DNA from: Octopus sinensis
Taxonomy: Eukaryota
Direction of reading: 5' to 3'
Length of the DNA stretch: 64,000 nucleotides
NCBI RefSeq assembly: GCF_006345805.1
Contig: NC_043003.1
Location: 90,458,001 to 90,522,000, forward strand
Part shown: positions 38,151 to 52,730 of the stretch, piece by piece
Layout of the letters: the number at the start of each line of letters is the position of its first letter
Numbering within the stretch: the first letter of the stretch is position 1
Notes under the pieces: model-generated
What the model was told of the DNA's origin: nothing
Database searches by the model: none
The model's input: the letters and a program-made list of their open reading frames with translations, nothing else
Position numbers and translations under genes: made by a program

Positions 38151-38597
38151 TCATCATCATCATCATTGTTTAATGTTCGTTTTCCATGCTAGCATGGGTT
38201 GGACGGTTCAACCGGGGTCTGGGAAGCCAGGAGGCTACACCAGGCTCCAGTCTGATCTGGCAGTGTTTCTACAGCTGGATGCCCTTCCTAACACCAACCA
38301 CTCTGTGAGTGTAGTGGGTGCTTTTTACATGTCACCGACACAGATGCCAGTCAGGTGGCGCTGGCATCAGCCACATTTGGATGGTGCTTTTTACGTGTCA
38401 CCAGCATGGGTATCTTAACTACAATTTCCATTTGATTTTGTAGTTAAGATACCCATGCCGGTGACACGTAAAAAGCACTGTCCAAACGTGGCTGATGCCA
38501 GCGCCACCTGATTGGCATCCGTGTCGGTGACACATAAAAAGTACCAACCGATTGTGGCCATTTGCCAGCCTCCTCTGGCCCCTGTGCCAGTGGCACA
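38151..38597. mobile_element. RTE 3'UTR copy with a fold-back duplication
   Basis: Minus-oriented copy 38151-38435, followed by an inverted copy of its 5' part. Confidence 0.85.
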
Positions 38598-39159
38598 TTG
38601 GTAACAAATTGGAACAGCTATCAATAATATTTAACCAACAACCATTTCCTTTAATACCAATCCCACTTGAGACCACAGTTGATTCTATGGTACAAACTTT
38701 CTGTTTGAAAGTGATCTAAGCAAGAAAAAAAAAGAAGAAAGACCTCTATCAAAATTTTATGTTAATTTATGTTCCAAACCAGCTTAATAGGGACAAAGTT
38801 ATTTTACTAATTCTTCATTAGTTTCAAAATTACTTGAAACAGTGTATTTAAATTTTATGTTTATTCAGCTGTTTCATGGTCACATGGTTTAGTCATAGAC
38901 TTCTGTTATAATTCCATTCACATCTCAGAAATTTATAGGAATATCAGCACTAATGAATCTTAGTGTATGTTATAGTTAATGATTTGTGTTTTATATATTT
39001 GAGTGTGGATTCTGATACAAAAAAAGCCAAGTCACCTGCTAATGAGAATGACTTTGTAACATGTACCATGCTGTCACTAATCGTTTTAGGTGGGTGTATA
39101 GCTATGAGAAGATACAGATACTCTTGATTTTCTCATTCTTTGACCTAACATCACATCTA

Positions 39160-39204
<45 letters not shown>

Positions 39205-39237
39205 TGAGTGAGTGAGTGAGTGAGTGAGTGAGTGAGT

Positions 39238-39288
<51 letters not shown>

Positions 39289-39578
39289 TAATCACTGGAG
39301 TAATGTGAAAGAAAGTGCCTTGCTGAAGTATGCAACATGATGCTGCCTGTTCCAAGAATTGAACTCACAACATCATGACCACTAGGTCATATGCCTTCAC
39401 TAGGTTCTAGCTGGAGCGGTAATTTTTTAGTACCACCACATGTTGCAGGAGTAAGAACTACTTATTTCCACAAACTGTCTCGATGTATAATGACTGGTTG
39501 ACAATGAATATCAGTTTGTAATATTATCCTTTAGTTGTTATCCATTTCTATGGTGTGGCAATGATAAATTTTATTGGT

Positions 39579-40190
39579 ATATGAGGTGCATTCCAGAAGT
39601 TTTTCTTGAGAATTTTTTAGGAGAGGCAGTTATAATTGTCTTAGATAATTGTAATTTTAGTATAATATTAATATACATCTAACGAGCTGGCCTGCCAACT
39701 TTCATTATTCCAGATAGAAGATGGCTGTAACAGTATTTTGAACACACTCTGTTAAATACTACTTGTTACAGCTGACTAGGTTACAAAATGCAGTTGAGAT
39801 ATGAAGACAATTTAGAAGCTTGCTAGGCAACAAAATTTTGTGTTGAATTGGCAAAAACACTACAGAAACTTATGAAATGCCCCATACTGCTTATGGATTA
39901 ACTCATATGAGCTGAGCATCTGTTTTTCACTGGCAAGCCCATTGGGAGGCTCATGATGATCCCATTTTTTAAGCAGCAAGGGCATCATCTACATCCATTG
40001 AGTTCCTCTAGCCAGATGGTCAACAAAGAGTACTTTGTAGAGGTTTTGAGAGAATCCAAGAAGAGATTTCGTCCTGTGCCTGGACAACTCGACAAAGATG
40101 GACATCAAAACTGTCCCTTATTCTCTGCACAATTCAAATCTTGCTCCCTGTGACCCTTGTTTGATTCCCATGCTGAAGGAGAAAAGTCTA
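39579..40190 (+). mobile_element. Old, internally deleted mariner remnant
   Basis: Traces CVELAKT.TETYEM, QMVNKEYFVEVLRESKKRF and NLAPCD. Confidence 0.7.
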
Positions 40191-41298
40191 ATGCTCCAAT
40201 AATTCCAGTAATCTACTGGTACTTTATCATTCCTGAAGGGATGAAAAACAAGTGTGATCTTGGTTGGATTTTAACTCAGTGAGTAGGGAGATGAAACACC
40301 ACAAGGCAGTTTTTATCCACCACATGATTACCAATTCATGCCATTTGCTGAACATTATATATTATGTGATTTTTATTATTTATATCAGCTCAGACTTCCT
40401 TATAATAAAAGGCATTTTAGCTGTGACCATCCATCTTTTTATATATTTGTAAGATGAAAGAAATTTAGCGAAATTTAGCTACAATTCTAGCAGGTCAAGA
40501 AACTCTTGTCATCTCATTGTGTATAATCTATACTGTAATGGAGAAAGCTGCTTATTAATCAGGTATGTAACAATTACTAAAAGTACTAAAAGAAGCAATT
40601 ATTAAAGGATTGACCGTCCCGAAAGATTTCTATAAATTCATGTTCTAAGAAATTTCCTATAACTTTTATTTCTAAAGCTTATTGAATTTTATTTTTACTC
40701 TAATTTCTCACAAATTTAAATATTCATTGCATTCACTGTGTCCAATTCACAAATTTAAATATTCATTGTATTCATTGTGGAGTATTCCATTCTCATTTGC
40801 AGTCCCTCACTTTCTCGTTTAAGTTTTCATTCGTTATTTGGAAAACAGTTTATTCTATTAATGTATATGTAATTTATTATTTATTGAATGAAAATTTTTT
40901 TTTAATACCTGTATAATTTTTGAATGCAGGATAGCTGTGAGAAGAGCCTAGAAAGTTGGGTAATTACTATTAGAAGATGAGGAGAAGAAAAAAATGTTAC
41001 CAACAAGTACTCAAAACTTATACCTTATTCACAGTTTCCAAACACTCTATACCACTAAGCCAATATATACACACAAATAAGTTGCATGAGTGACTTCAAC
41101 AGTGACACAATTGTGCACACACATAGATACACATACACACAAATGAAAGGCAATGAATGTGTATGTGCGTGTGTTTGCTGTTCACTGATAAAACTTTGTG
41201 CTGCATTACTTTTGTGAAGTTTTGTCAGTGAACAAATTGTGGTTTCAAAGCGAAGAAAATATTTTGACACAAATGAAATTTAATGTGGAAGTGAAACT

Positions 41299-41521
41299 GG
41301 TACTACTTCAATACAGAGGTCCCTTAATGGTACTACTTAAATACAGGTGTTACATACAAAACATTTTAAATGTATGCTGTGTGGACATGTAATGACACCC
41401 TAACTAACCCTAAAACTAGCTCTAACCTTAACCCTAAAACTAATCCTAACCATAACCCTAAAAACTAACCCTCTCCTTCATATCGTTATGTAGATGCATC
41501 GGGACCTCTGTATTTAAGTAG
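41299..41521. mobile_element. Small inverted-repeat element containing telomere-like TAACCC variants
   Basis: 21-bp IR with 20/21 match (41303-41323 / 41501-41521) and degenerate (TAACCC)n at ~41393-41471. Confidence 0.5.
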
Positions 41522-44500
41522 GGTCATGAAACTAACAGTTTCTGTGTGTTCTTGAATGGCTTACAAACATCTATGCTACAATTGTTTTTGTTTCAGTACA
41601 CAATCTCAGATCAAGTCACTTGCTATGCAAGTACATCTCTGTAATTTTTAAAAATCATTGGGGATAAATGCCAGCAATGACCTTCTCAGGCTCTCCAATA
41701 TTTTAATTTCTAAACAGAAACAACTGGGGACAAGGAGTGGGGTTGCAAAAAATTCATAATTTCTCAAATTTTCTTTGTTTTAGCATATAAATGTATTTAT
41801 GGGGGGAAAATATTGAAAAACAAATACATGCGAGAGTGATAAAGAAACAAGGAGGGTTGTCTTTGGATATGCTAGAAACAACAGCCAAATCGCCCTTAAA
41901 TCATTCACTTTTCCCTCTGAAAATATTAACAATTTTTAAAAACCTTTTACCGAAAATGCTCTTCCCATGATTTTGAAGAGCAAAATAAATTGGACAAAAT
42001 AGGTCTGGAGTGGGATGATGAGGGAGGGGGTGTAAAAAAAAAAGAGTTTACAAAACGTTTTTCATACGAATACGCCCCCCACCCCACTTCATTTTGAAGG
42101 CAATAGTTCTAAAAAAATGAAGAAAATCCCTTACAAAATTTTCCCCACAAATTTCTTTATAATCGTATCTATGCCATTTGAAAAGGATTTGTATAAATTT
42201 TCATTAAAAGATACCCATCTTCCTGAAAGTTATGAGGGAAAAATTTCAGATCATGTGAATTTTCAAAAACTCCTCTAACCACCCTGTCAGAAAAATTCTT
42301 TCCCATAAATCCCTATATACTGTGAAGCCAAAACATCTAAGTGGTATTTGTAGAAAATTTAGTTGAAAAATATCCATTTTTCTGGATGTCATAAGGCAAC
42401 AAAGTTAAGGGCATATACATCTGTAGTAATACCCTTTTATTTCATGTTTATTTCATTCATTGTTTGCAATGTTCTCTCTCCCATACACATACTGCAAGGC
42501 TTATAGAAGGGCTACTGAATTGAAATCTCTTTGTTGCTTTGAGGGGAAGGTAAAAACTTGACAAACTGCTTCTCCCTCTATTGTTGGACTACCATGATGT
42601 TTGTTTAAAAAAGAGAGATTATGACTGTGATAAAAATAATGAAAGCAATACTTACTAAGCAAGTGAGCACTATTATACAAAGAAATAATTAGACATAAAA
42701 TATAAAAATTATTAGAATTGGGTATCAAATGTAAAAATATTATCAAGGGGCTAGCAGAAAACTGCCTGGAGGGTGGCCTTTCTGTTAGTGTTTATAAATA
42801 ATGCAGGAAATAAAAGGTGTCAAATGTATTGTTGAAAACAGCAAACAAGGGGAGTTTTTAATTGCTCACTTAATATAAGACATCAAGCAGAGTCAGTAGA
42901 CATCAAGACACCCCAAATATTGTGATAGACTGAGATAAAATACTGTGGTGAGTGTTAAAAAAAAAAGTCAACTTCATTAAACAACAGGGTTAAGAGCAAC
43001 ACCTTTACAAATAAAAGTAAATAAATGATTTCTTTCCCTTTTAACAATCATTAATATTGTCATTATTAACCCTTTAGTGTTCAGGTTATTCTGTCAAACA
43101 TAGTGCTTATTCATTTACATTGCTTTGAGTTAATCATGCATTATCTCATATCCTTGAGATTTTGATGATGTGATTGTTTAATGTAGAACAACATTGTAGG
43201 TAGGTGTGAGAGCCTGGATCTGGTCAGTTTGAATATAAAACAAATGGAAAATTTGGACAGGATATGGCCAGTTTAAATGCTAAAGGGTTAAGGTGATATG
43301 CTTACTGAATCATAAGTGCATCAGACAAAATGCTTAGCATTTTTTTTGGCTCTTTATATTCTGAGTTGAAATCCTGCTGAAGTTTATTGCTTTTCATCTG
43401 TTTTGGGGACAATAAAATAAGTACCAGTTGAGCACTGGGGCTCATGTAATTAATTTACCACTCTCATAAACTTGCTAGCCTAGCCTTGTGTCAAAAATAG
43501 AAATTATTATTATTTTTTTTACTTTATACTTCACGCAATATCTTCTGTGATATGACAGTGCTTAATATGTGTTAATTTTTTAAATAATGCATAATGATTG
43601 ATATTCATATTTAATTACCTAATAAAATTTAAATCTAATTTTTTATTTACAGTATAAAGAGGGCTATATATTTATAGATTTTTGGCCAACATTTACAAAT
43701 TAATCATCTATTTTTCTAAATTTCTTGTTTAAATTTAGAATAAGTCTTTAAAAACTTTCACTACTCAAGTACAGGAATTAAGAAAAAAAGTGTCAGATAA
43801 ATAACTAAGTGCAAATACTATGGATTTTAAACCCCCCCCCCCCCCCAAATATAGCTAAACTTAAATCTTTCAAGAAATCCTAATACACAGTCTAACAGAT
43901 CTTCTAAAAGCTATCATCAGCAACATCAGCATTTTAACATCCAGGTTTTCATGCTTACATGGGTCAGACAAAATTCATGGAGGCATATTTTCTAAGGCTG
44001 GATGCTTTTCCTGTCTCCAATATCTCTTTGTAAGCAAGATAACATTCCTCATAGTCCTTCAAACAGAAATAGTACAATGGCTGGACATGTTTTCATTGAA
44101 GATTGCAAATAAGTGATACTGCTTTTATGATGGTGACAACTGTTCACAAGTAACACGCAATGTCAAGACAGAGAGATACAAGTGCCAACCACCCAGCCAT
44201 ACATATATATCATCCTTTAACATCTGCTTTCCATGCTGGCATGGGTTAGATGTACATACATATATATATTATCATTTAATGTCCACTTTTCATGCTAGCA
44301 TGGTTTAGATATGTGTGTGTGTGTGTGTGTGTAAAATACATAAACACAATGGGCATATTTTTCAGTTTTCATTTTCCAAATCCATTCACAAGGCTTTGGT
44401 TATGCAGGGCTATTGTAAAATACATTATATGACATGATTCAGGTTCAGTCCCACTGCATGGCACATTGGTGTTGTGGAGTGCAACTGAACTTGCAACCAC

Positions 44501-45064
44501 GTGGTTGCAAAACAAACATTTTAACCAAATACACATCACCATTTGAAACATAATAAATTTTAAAATTCTTTAAAAAAAGTTAGTAAAGAAAAAAATTAAA
44601 ATAATCTTTTAATGAGATTGTATCTTGAGAATTTAACTGCTACCAGGTATCACATATTTTCTGATATCTGCTTCACTATCCTAAATATTTATAGAAAATA
44701 TGAGGCATTGCAGTTTATGTTTAATAATATTTGTTGAAAACACTAACTCATATAAACAGTGAGTGTCTTGTAGGTAGTTAAGAATACAAGATTCTCCAGA
44801 ATATGACTTGGTATTTTGGTTCCTTTTCTTTTTCTTTCTCCAATAAAGATTATTTTTAGAAATACTTCTGCTGTCAACATCAACATATGAAAATGGTGAT
44901 GTAATCCTATAGTTTGGCAGATGTAGCATGAATCAGAAGTGTTAGCAGCTAAAAAGCTGAGATCTCCTCCAAAGATGATGCTGCTTCCTACAACTAGCAA
45001 TGCCCTGTTATACTAATATAGCAATAACATCCTCCAGAGTTTCAGGTATTGTATTTCAGCACAT

Positions 45065-45107
45065 GTGAAATAAATATGGTGGAGATCAGAGTGTATGTGT
45101 GTGTGTA

Positions 45108-45153
<46 letters not shown>

Positions 45154-45278
45154 TATATATTCAAGAAAAAAATATTACTGTGAAATAAATATGGTGGAGA
45201 TCAGAGTGTATGTGTGTGTGTGTATGTGTATGTATGTATGTGTGTGTGTGTGTATATATTCAAGAAAAAAATATTACT
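45065..45278. repeat. Tandem duplication (~115 + ~99 bp) around a (TG)n tract
   Basis: Unique flanks GTGAAATAAATATGGTGGAGATCAGA and TATATTCAAGAAAAAAATATTACT are repeated exactly. Confidence 0.9.
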
Positions 45279-47409
45279 ATATCACTTAAGAATTCAGTTT
45301 TCTTCACCAATAATTTTCAAAAGAAATTTTAATAATCTAATGCAAACATAAAATTCCATAAAGTCTTTCGTGCTACAAGCTGGCTTCAATATGGAGTCTT
45401 ACAGATATAAGTTCCTGATCATATTTAATCATCATTATTATCATTATGTTCTCTGTCAGGTTTCAAGCCCTTATGTCATCATCACTACCACCGTCATCCT
45501 AATCATCACCACCACCACCATTATCGTGATTATCATCACTACCACTACTACAATTGCCATCAATATCATTATCAACATCATCATCAATAGCCTCATCATT
45601 TGGTAGATTGGCAGAATTGTTTCCTGTTGGACGAAATGCCTAGCAGTATTTGCTGCAGCTTCTTACTTTCTGAACTTGAATCCCCTGAGGTTAATTTTGC
45701 CTTTTATCCCTATGTGATTGATAAAATACCATTTAAATACTAGAGCTAACGGTATCAACCAAACCCTCCCCTTAAATTTCTAGATGCCTTACAATATTTA
45801 CTTTTGTCCTAATATGTTCTGAGTTCAAATCCTGCCAGGACTGACTTGAGTTTTTTCTCTTCTTGGACCAAATAAATACAATCTGTGCCTTTCACTAATG
45901 AATTTGTAATGTTTAAGAAATCATTATATCTGTTGCTCTAGTAGCAAATATAAGCAGCATTTGATTGTAGGTGCTGCCTTTAAGTACAATAATTGACTGG
46001 TTAACCCTTGTGTTAACATAATTCTACTAAAATATAGTCTCTGTCTCAATTAATTTTGAAAATAATGAAGAATTTAGATAAAATAAATGTCATTATCAAA
46101 TTGGTCTTTGATAATGAAAGTTTGAAAGTTCTAATTTAGATCACTCTAGAAAATCAAGTTTGTATCATAGAGCAGTCTTGGGCAGGTTCATATCAAAAAT
46201 GTTAAGGATATCAGACTTGCTTACCCTCCAACAAATCTGTGTGTTTCCTATTTTAGCTAACATAAATTAAACACTTGTATTTCTAATGGTGAGAAGAATA
46301 AGTGAGTGTTACTCAGGTGGGGTAAATAGCACAAAATAGTTTCATTTGATGTATCAATTTACCAGTAATTTTTCACCAATGTGCATTATAACTTTTATTG
46401 ATACACACATACATAAACACACTAGATGTTTTGGCAAGTGACTGTCTGGCACTTCCTTAGATGCAGATAAATTATGAGAAGGGATCTTGAAGTTCCCATG
46501 GCTATCACTCTAGTTAATTGTGCAACTACAAGTTGGTATTATGCATACTATGTATTTACATGCATTATGTACACTGCACCTGTTAGTGAGAATAACGAAA
46601 TTGAGAAATCCTCTGTTTATTGAGCATAAAGTTACCCTTAGCTATGGCTTTTACAGGTAGGAGAATTGAGAGTGTCAGTGCAAGTGTCAAATGTGAACAC
46701 AAATCTACATCGATCCTAAGTATATTAGATCTGTTGAAAAAAAGAGAGAAAAAGACTATCAATTTGGCATGTAAATTTGTGTGATTTTAAACCAATACCA
46801 TCATATAAGATAGATGTCAAAAATCATGATGATATATATATATAATCATCATCATCAATAATAAATAATTAGTGTATAATCAGTAGGTTGAATCATGTGA
46901 CCACAGATGGTTCAGCCAAACAGTTAATTCACCAAGGCCTTGGAACCAAGGATACCAGAAAATATATAATGTGGCTAGTACCGGTGACATGTGGAAGTCA
47001 CCCATGCCAGTGACATATAAAGGGCATCTATGCCAGTGACACGTATAAAGGGCATCTGTGCTGGTGACAAGTACTAATAACATGTAAAGGACGTCCAGTA
47101 CACTCAGTGGAGTGGTTGGTATTAGGAAAGACATCCAGCCATAGAAATCAAACCAAAACAGATTGGAATCTGGTGTGGCTCTCCAGCTGACCAGCCCCAG
47201 TCAAACATTTTTACTCATGTTAAATGATGACGATCATCATTGTTATGTATGTGAAGAAGGCATGTGGATCAGTTCTTGAGTACAGTATTTCACACTCTTG
47301 GTACAGCCCTTTCTCCCTCCAACTGTCACCTTCTCTGGGAGTTCTGAGGAGTTTAGGTCTGGCATATAAAATGACCAGCTAAGCATATATCTATTATGCT
47401 GACTGTGAA

Positions 47410-47705
47410 GGTGAGTGGCATGGTGGTTCGGGTATTTAGCTCGACTCCAAGCAGCATTGTGTCCTTTGGGCAAGACACTTTATTCCATGTTGCTCCACTC
47501 CACTTAGCTGGTAAAAATGAGTTGTACCAGTAATTCAGAGGGTCAGCCTTGTCACATTCAATATCATGCAGAATCTCCCTGAAAAGTACATTAAAGGTAC
47601 ACGTGTCTGTGGAGTGCTCAGCCACATGCATGTTAATTTCATGAGCAGGCTGTTTGGCTGACTGGATCAATTGAAATCTTGTTGCCATAACCGATGGAAT
47701 GCTAG
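47410..47705 (+). mobile_element. SINE family C (core GTGTCCTT(T)GGGCAAGACACTT...GTTGCTCC..CCACTTAGCTG); also ~15318-15450 (+), 16160-16350 (-), 35195-35345 (-)
   Basis: Repeated within the window; the core resembles conserved SINE central domains, family not resolved. Confidence 0.65.
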
Positions 47706-50700
47706 TACGACTGTACTAATAGTTCTAGACTATTGGTAATTTGTGATTTGAAAAAGGAGAAAATCTAGACTGTAGGGTGCAAGCTTGACAATATAAACAA
47801 CTATGTAGTCACAGTAAAAGATTACAAGAGTTAGTAAAATGTGTAATGAAATATGTTGTCTGTGTTATTGAGGGAGATTAATGTCTTAAATTCTTCATTG
47901 CAAAAGTTATTTACCTGATGATTCTAAGTTATTTTTAAAATTTCATTCACCATCATCATTACCATCATTTACTGTGTTAATATGATTTCTAAGGCTGGAT
48001 GCTTTTCCTAAAGACTAATCACTTTACAGAGAGTACTGGGTGCTTTTTTCTTTCATGACACTGGCACAATATATGCAAAACAGGGTGTAGAAGAAAAACT
48101 TTGCAGAATTTTTTTTTTTTAGGCAAGTGGTAATGGTGGCTTCATCTACCTAATGTTTTACCATGTTTTTTCAGTTACCATCATGGTTTAGACTGGTACA
48201 CACCATGCATTTGCTGTTAAAATGTTTACCAAAAAAAAAAGGTAAATGGGAGGGAGTGTTTTTTGCTGCACCCTGTGTATATATAATATATACATGTATA
48301 TGATTATCTAAATTAGAAATTTAAATCTAAATGACTTGGAATTATTAGTTTGGTAAATGAGGTATTTAAGCATATGTAATAAACCTGACAGAAGGATAGA
48401 ATTGTAATTACGATACTGTATAAGTCTTTAAGTAAGATTAGGGCTCAAAGTAAACCAATGAAATATTTAGGAACCAACCCATTATTTCAGCACTCAAGAT
48501 ATGCAGATTTAATATCCCTAGTGTGAGATGTGTTGTATTCAACTGTGACTTTTAGTTGCAATGTCTTGTCATAATGTCAAAAGATATAAAATGTGAAGTC
48601 TAAATTGTGAAGATTTTAATAGGTATGTTGAAAAGAATATAGACACAATATTGAACAAAGGTAGATATAGACAGGTAGCTAGGTACATAGATAGGCAAAA
48701 AGATATGGAGGTGAGTAGAGAGATAGATTGATAGATAGGTGAGCTTTCTTGTTAGTTTCATGCTCCTGTGTTCTCCATCTGAATGACATTAGGGAAATCT
48801 GTTGAGAAGATATTTGGTTGCTATATTGAGCAAGTCAAGAAACTATGTAGCAAATTCCTTCTTGGTTCTCATTTTAATGAAAGCAGCTGTAGTCATTGTA
48901 TTATGAAAGTTAATATTGTTAAACATTAGCTCCCATTATGTATACTGTAACCATGTTGGCGTACTGGTGGAATTGTTAGCTGTAGCAGAACCCCACCAAT
49001 TTAAGCTACGCAAGCTAAAAATGATAGCAATGATATTTGATGCAGTAGATTATCAAGACTGTATTACAGAAAATACCTGTTCTCTTTGGAGTTTAATAAA
49101 CTACCTCTTCACACAGCAACCATTAACCTTTGTTAGAGTGCAAATATGACCTGCTCTACAAATACTTCACATATCTGAGATGGTGCACCCACACATACAC
49201 ATGCACATTCTGTACACAACATCCCCCTCTAAAATGTCTGCTGGGGACGGGGGCAGCTATACTAATACACTTTAATTATTGACCCCTGCTGTCTCTTCTG
49301 ATATAATAATCTTATCTCTCTGAATATGCTATGCTACTTCTTACCAAAATTCTCTTGAAGCATTCACCTCTCTTTTCCCTATCACTACTGCTATAATAAG
49401 ACTTACCAACATCCCCTCCCTTCTTTTTCTGGCACACCCCTCTTTCCTTATATTCTCCTCATAGCTAATCAAGAATGGCCAGTAACAGATGTACCATAAA
49501 AAAAGAATTCTCAGAGAAAGATGGACAATAGGTGCAGGAGTGGCTGTGTGGCAAGTAGCTTGCTTACCAGCCACAGGGTTCTGGGTTCAGTCCCACTGCG
49601 TGGCACCTTGGGCAAGTGTCTTCTACTATAGCCACGAGCCGACCAAAACCTTGTGAGTGGATTTGTTAGACGGAAACTGAAAGAAGCCTGTCGTATATAT
49701 GTATGTGTGTCTGTCCCGGTGCTCCAGCATGGCCACAGTCAAATGACTGAAACAAGTAAAAGAGTAAAAGAGTAATATTAGCCCTTTTAAAACCAATCTG
49801 CCTTAGATCACCACCGGTTCTATGATACTAACTTCCTGTTTTGAAGTAATCTAAATTAAAACACTTTCCATCAAAATTTAATGTTAATTTATATTCCAAG
49901 TATCAGTTCCATAGTGACAAAATTTTCATCATCATCATCATTTAATGTCAATTTCATACTGGCTTGGGTTGGGCTCCAATATATGTTTCGACATGGTTAC
50001 TATTGCTAGATACCTTTCCTAATGCCAACCACATTACAGACTGTACTGGGTACCTTTTTGTTTGCACCACCAATAACAATGTCATCATGTAGCTTGCAAA
50101 ACTAAGACTCTCATCTGGTGAGTGGGATGACAGTAGAATGGAAGGTGGTTTTGTAAGAGGTGCTGAGAAGCTAAAGTAAGAGAGAGGAATAGGTACAGGT
50201 ATCTTGCTGTAGAGATACATGGCCACCCTAACTTGAAATGGAGAAAGGTTGGTGGAAATGAGGTATCAGGGTGTACCCTCAATGTATAAGAATGTGGATA
50301 GGGAGAAAATACAAGCAAAGAATTCAGGTTGCATGGATAGGCAGATTCAGAAGGACATGGAAGAATGACAATAGAAGCCAGAAAAAATGGTCCGATTTCT
50401 AGTCAGCAAACTTGTGGTCTTGTCCTCCGTCATTTAATGTGCATTTGACACATTGGCATATGTTGTCCAGTTCAATAAAATCCAATGAACCAAACAACTG
50501 CATTGAACTCCACTGTCTACTTTAGCCTGATTTCTACAGCTGGATGTCCTTTTTAATGTCAACAACTTTACAGAATCTACTGAATGCTTTTTCATGACAC
50601 TACCACTAATAAGGTTATCAAGTAACGTGGAAGACAAAGAGAAAGACCCCTCAACTGAGTGAGGTTCTATTAGAGAGAGGTGGCTTCATGTCAGTGTTGA

Positions 50701-52730
50701 GAGGTTAAAGTATTACAGAGGCTGGAAGGAAGACAAAGATGTGAGAAGGTGTCAGTATATAGAAAGGTGAATAGGTTCATAAGAGTGTGAAAGGAGAGTG
50801 GGGGTAGAGGTGTCCCATATAAAAGATACTTCTTAAATGTTGCTAATAACAAAGAAAATGTTTTTTCCCCCATTATTCCATGCTAATATCCATGAGATAA
50901 TTCACATATACAGCTGGATCCCCTTTCTATAGTTTAATCCACGAAACCCAAGTCTGCTGACTGAGAAGATCTATGATTAAAAGCATTCCAACAATGACCA
51001 ACCGATTTTTTCTAAGATATCACATATCAAATACATTGCAGAGTGTTGTTCTAGACTTCATAATTTCTAAAAATGGCAGGATGTATGGCTTAAGGGAATT
51101 TGGCAGCAGCTATTTCTAGCAGGTAAAGCAACCATGTAGTAGTGGTGGTGCTAGTAGTAGTAATAGTAGTAGTAGTAGTAGTAGTATTTGCCAGTCAGGG
51201 AGGTTGAGAGAAGAAATGTTATGTGTATTGCCTAGAAGCACAGCCCCACCAGAGTATAGCAGTAGTTGTAGAGTTTGAACTCATGACCAACATTTTTATC
51301 ATCTTAACACCAAACTGAGCCATGGTGCTCATGTAATTCTTGAGATAATTAACACCTACAAAAATAGAGGACTGAAGAATGAGAAAGAAACCAAAAGACA
51401 ATATTTCTTCTACAGAATATAATATAAAAGCTTATAACATAACAGTACTGAGCCAATAAATTAACTGTGTTCTTTTGTAACGAATTTCTGAAGGAATCTA
51501 TCTGGAGAGCTATCATATAAATAACCTTTTCCTCAATCACAATGCAATAGTAATAAATAAGTAAAACTTATACCACTTATCTTAGCTGATAGCAAAGGAC
51601 AGAGCATTCTATAAATAAGCGATGAACTTGAGCAGTTGAGGTTTTGTGGATACATCAGAGGGCATAAGAGGTTGGTTGTGTTGTTATAAAACATGTGAAA
51701 GGGCATATGTATGAATGTAATAAGTATGTAACAAGGAGAAAATGATTCTTGTAAAGGACAAGGGGCTAAGAAAGTGCTTAAAAACATAAGCTCTCATTGA
51801 AAATGGTATAAGAGGAAGACAGAATTTGAAAAAAAAAAAAAAATGTATTCAGTATTTTGGTTTTAAACAAATCATAATAATTGAGTAATTTTAAGTGGAG
51901 TTTTAAGTGTAAATGACACCTAATGGACTTAACCCTTTAGTATTCACATTATTCAGGGAAATGTAATGCTTATCATCCACTTTGTTTTAAATTAATCATG
52001 TATTATCTTGTAGTTTTGACATTTCAATTGTGTGATTGCATATATTTGGAATGACATTATAGGGTAGGTGTGAGACAGGATCTGGCTGGTTTGAACATAA
52101 AACTGGCAGAATATTCAGGCTGGATATAGCTGGTTTAAATGCTAAAAGGCTAAGGCAAAAAAAAAACAACATTGTTGTGATGTTCAAGAATCTGAAGTAT
52201 TTTAGAAATATATAGGAAATTATGGAGTTTATAACTGGGAGTGGAAACTAATTGTTCAGGATTTGGTTTATAAAAAAAACTTGTTACTCTATCACAGCCA
52301 TGTTAATTTACTGTTCTCAAAGTCCTGTTATACTTATCCTTTTTTTAAAAAAATGTTTTATTAGTTTTTGCCTGTTCCTTGTACTATTTATACTAAACAC
52401 ACATGCTGAACACCAAGTTTCCATGGTAACTATAAAATAATTACACATACAAACTGAAAAAAAAAAAAAAGAAAATTTGTTCCTCATTGAATTTTTATAG
52501 ACATGGTGAGGCAAGAAAGGAAATTCAATACAATTACAACAGCTGAACTCACAGAGACAAGGCAAAAGCATAGCTTAATGACCTCCATCTGAGAATTGAA
52601 ATCCATCACATTCTTCCTAGTACACTATGTTCATGTATATTAGTAAACATACATACTCATTACATAGTTAAAATATAACATTAACCTATACAAATATATA
52701 CCAATAACTTGTCCTCCTAAAGAAAGAAAT

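Noticed and set aside
49407-49464. Possible exon (YEENIRKEGCARKRREGML, donor TTG|GTAAGT, phase 0)
   Set aside because: Weak acceptor, GA-rich low complexity next to a SINE, and no family similarity.
42792-51618. MEF2-consensus sites (TTATAAATAA 42792-42801; CTATAAATAA 51609-51618)
   Set aside because: Dozens are expected by chance at this AT content and there is no independent support.
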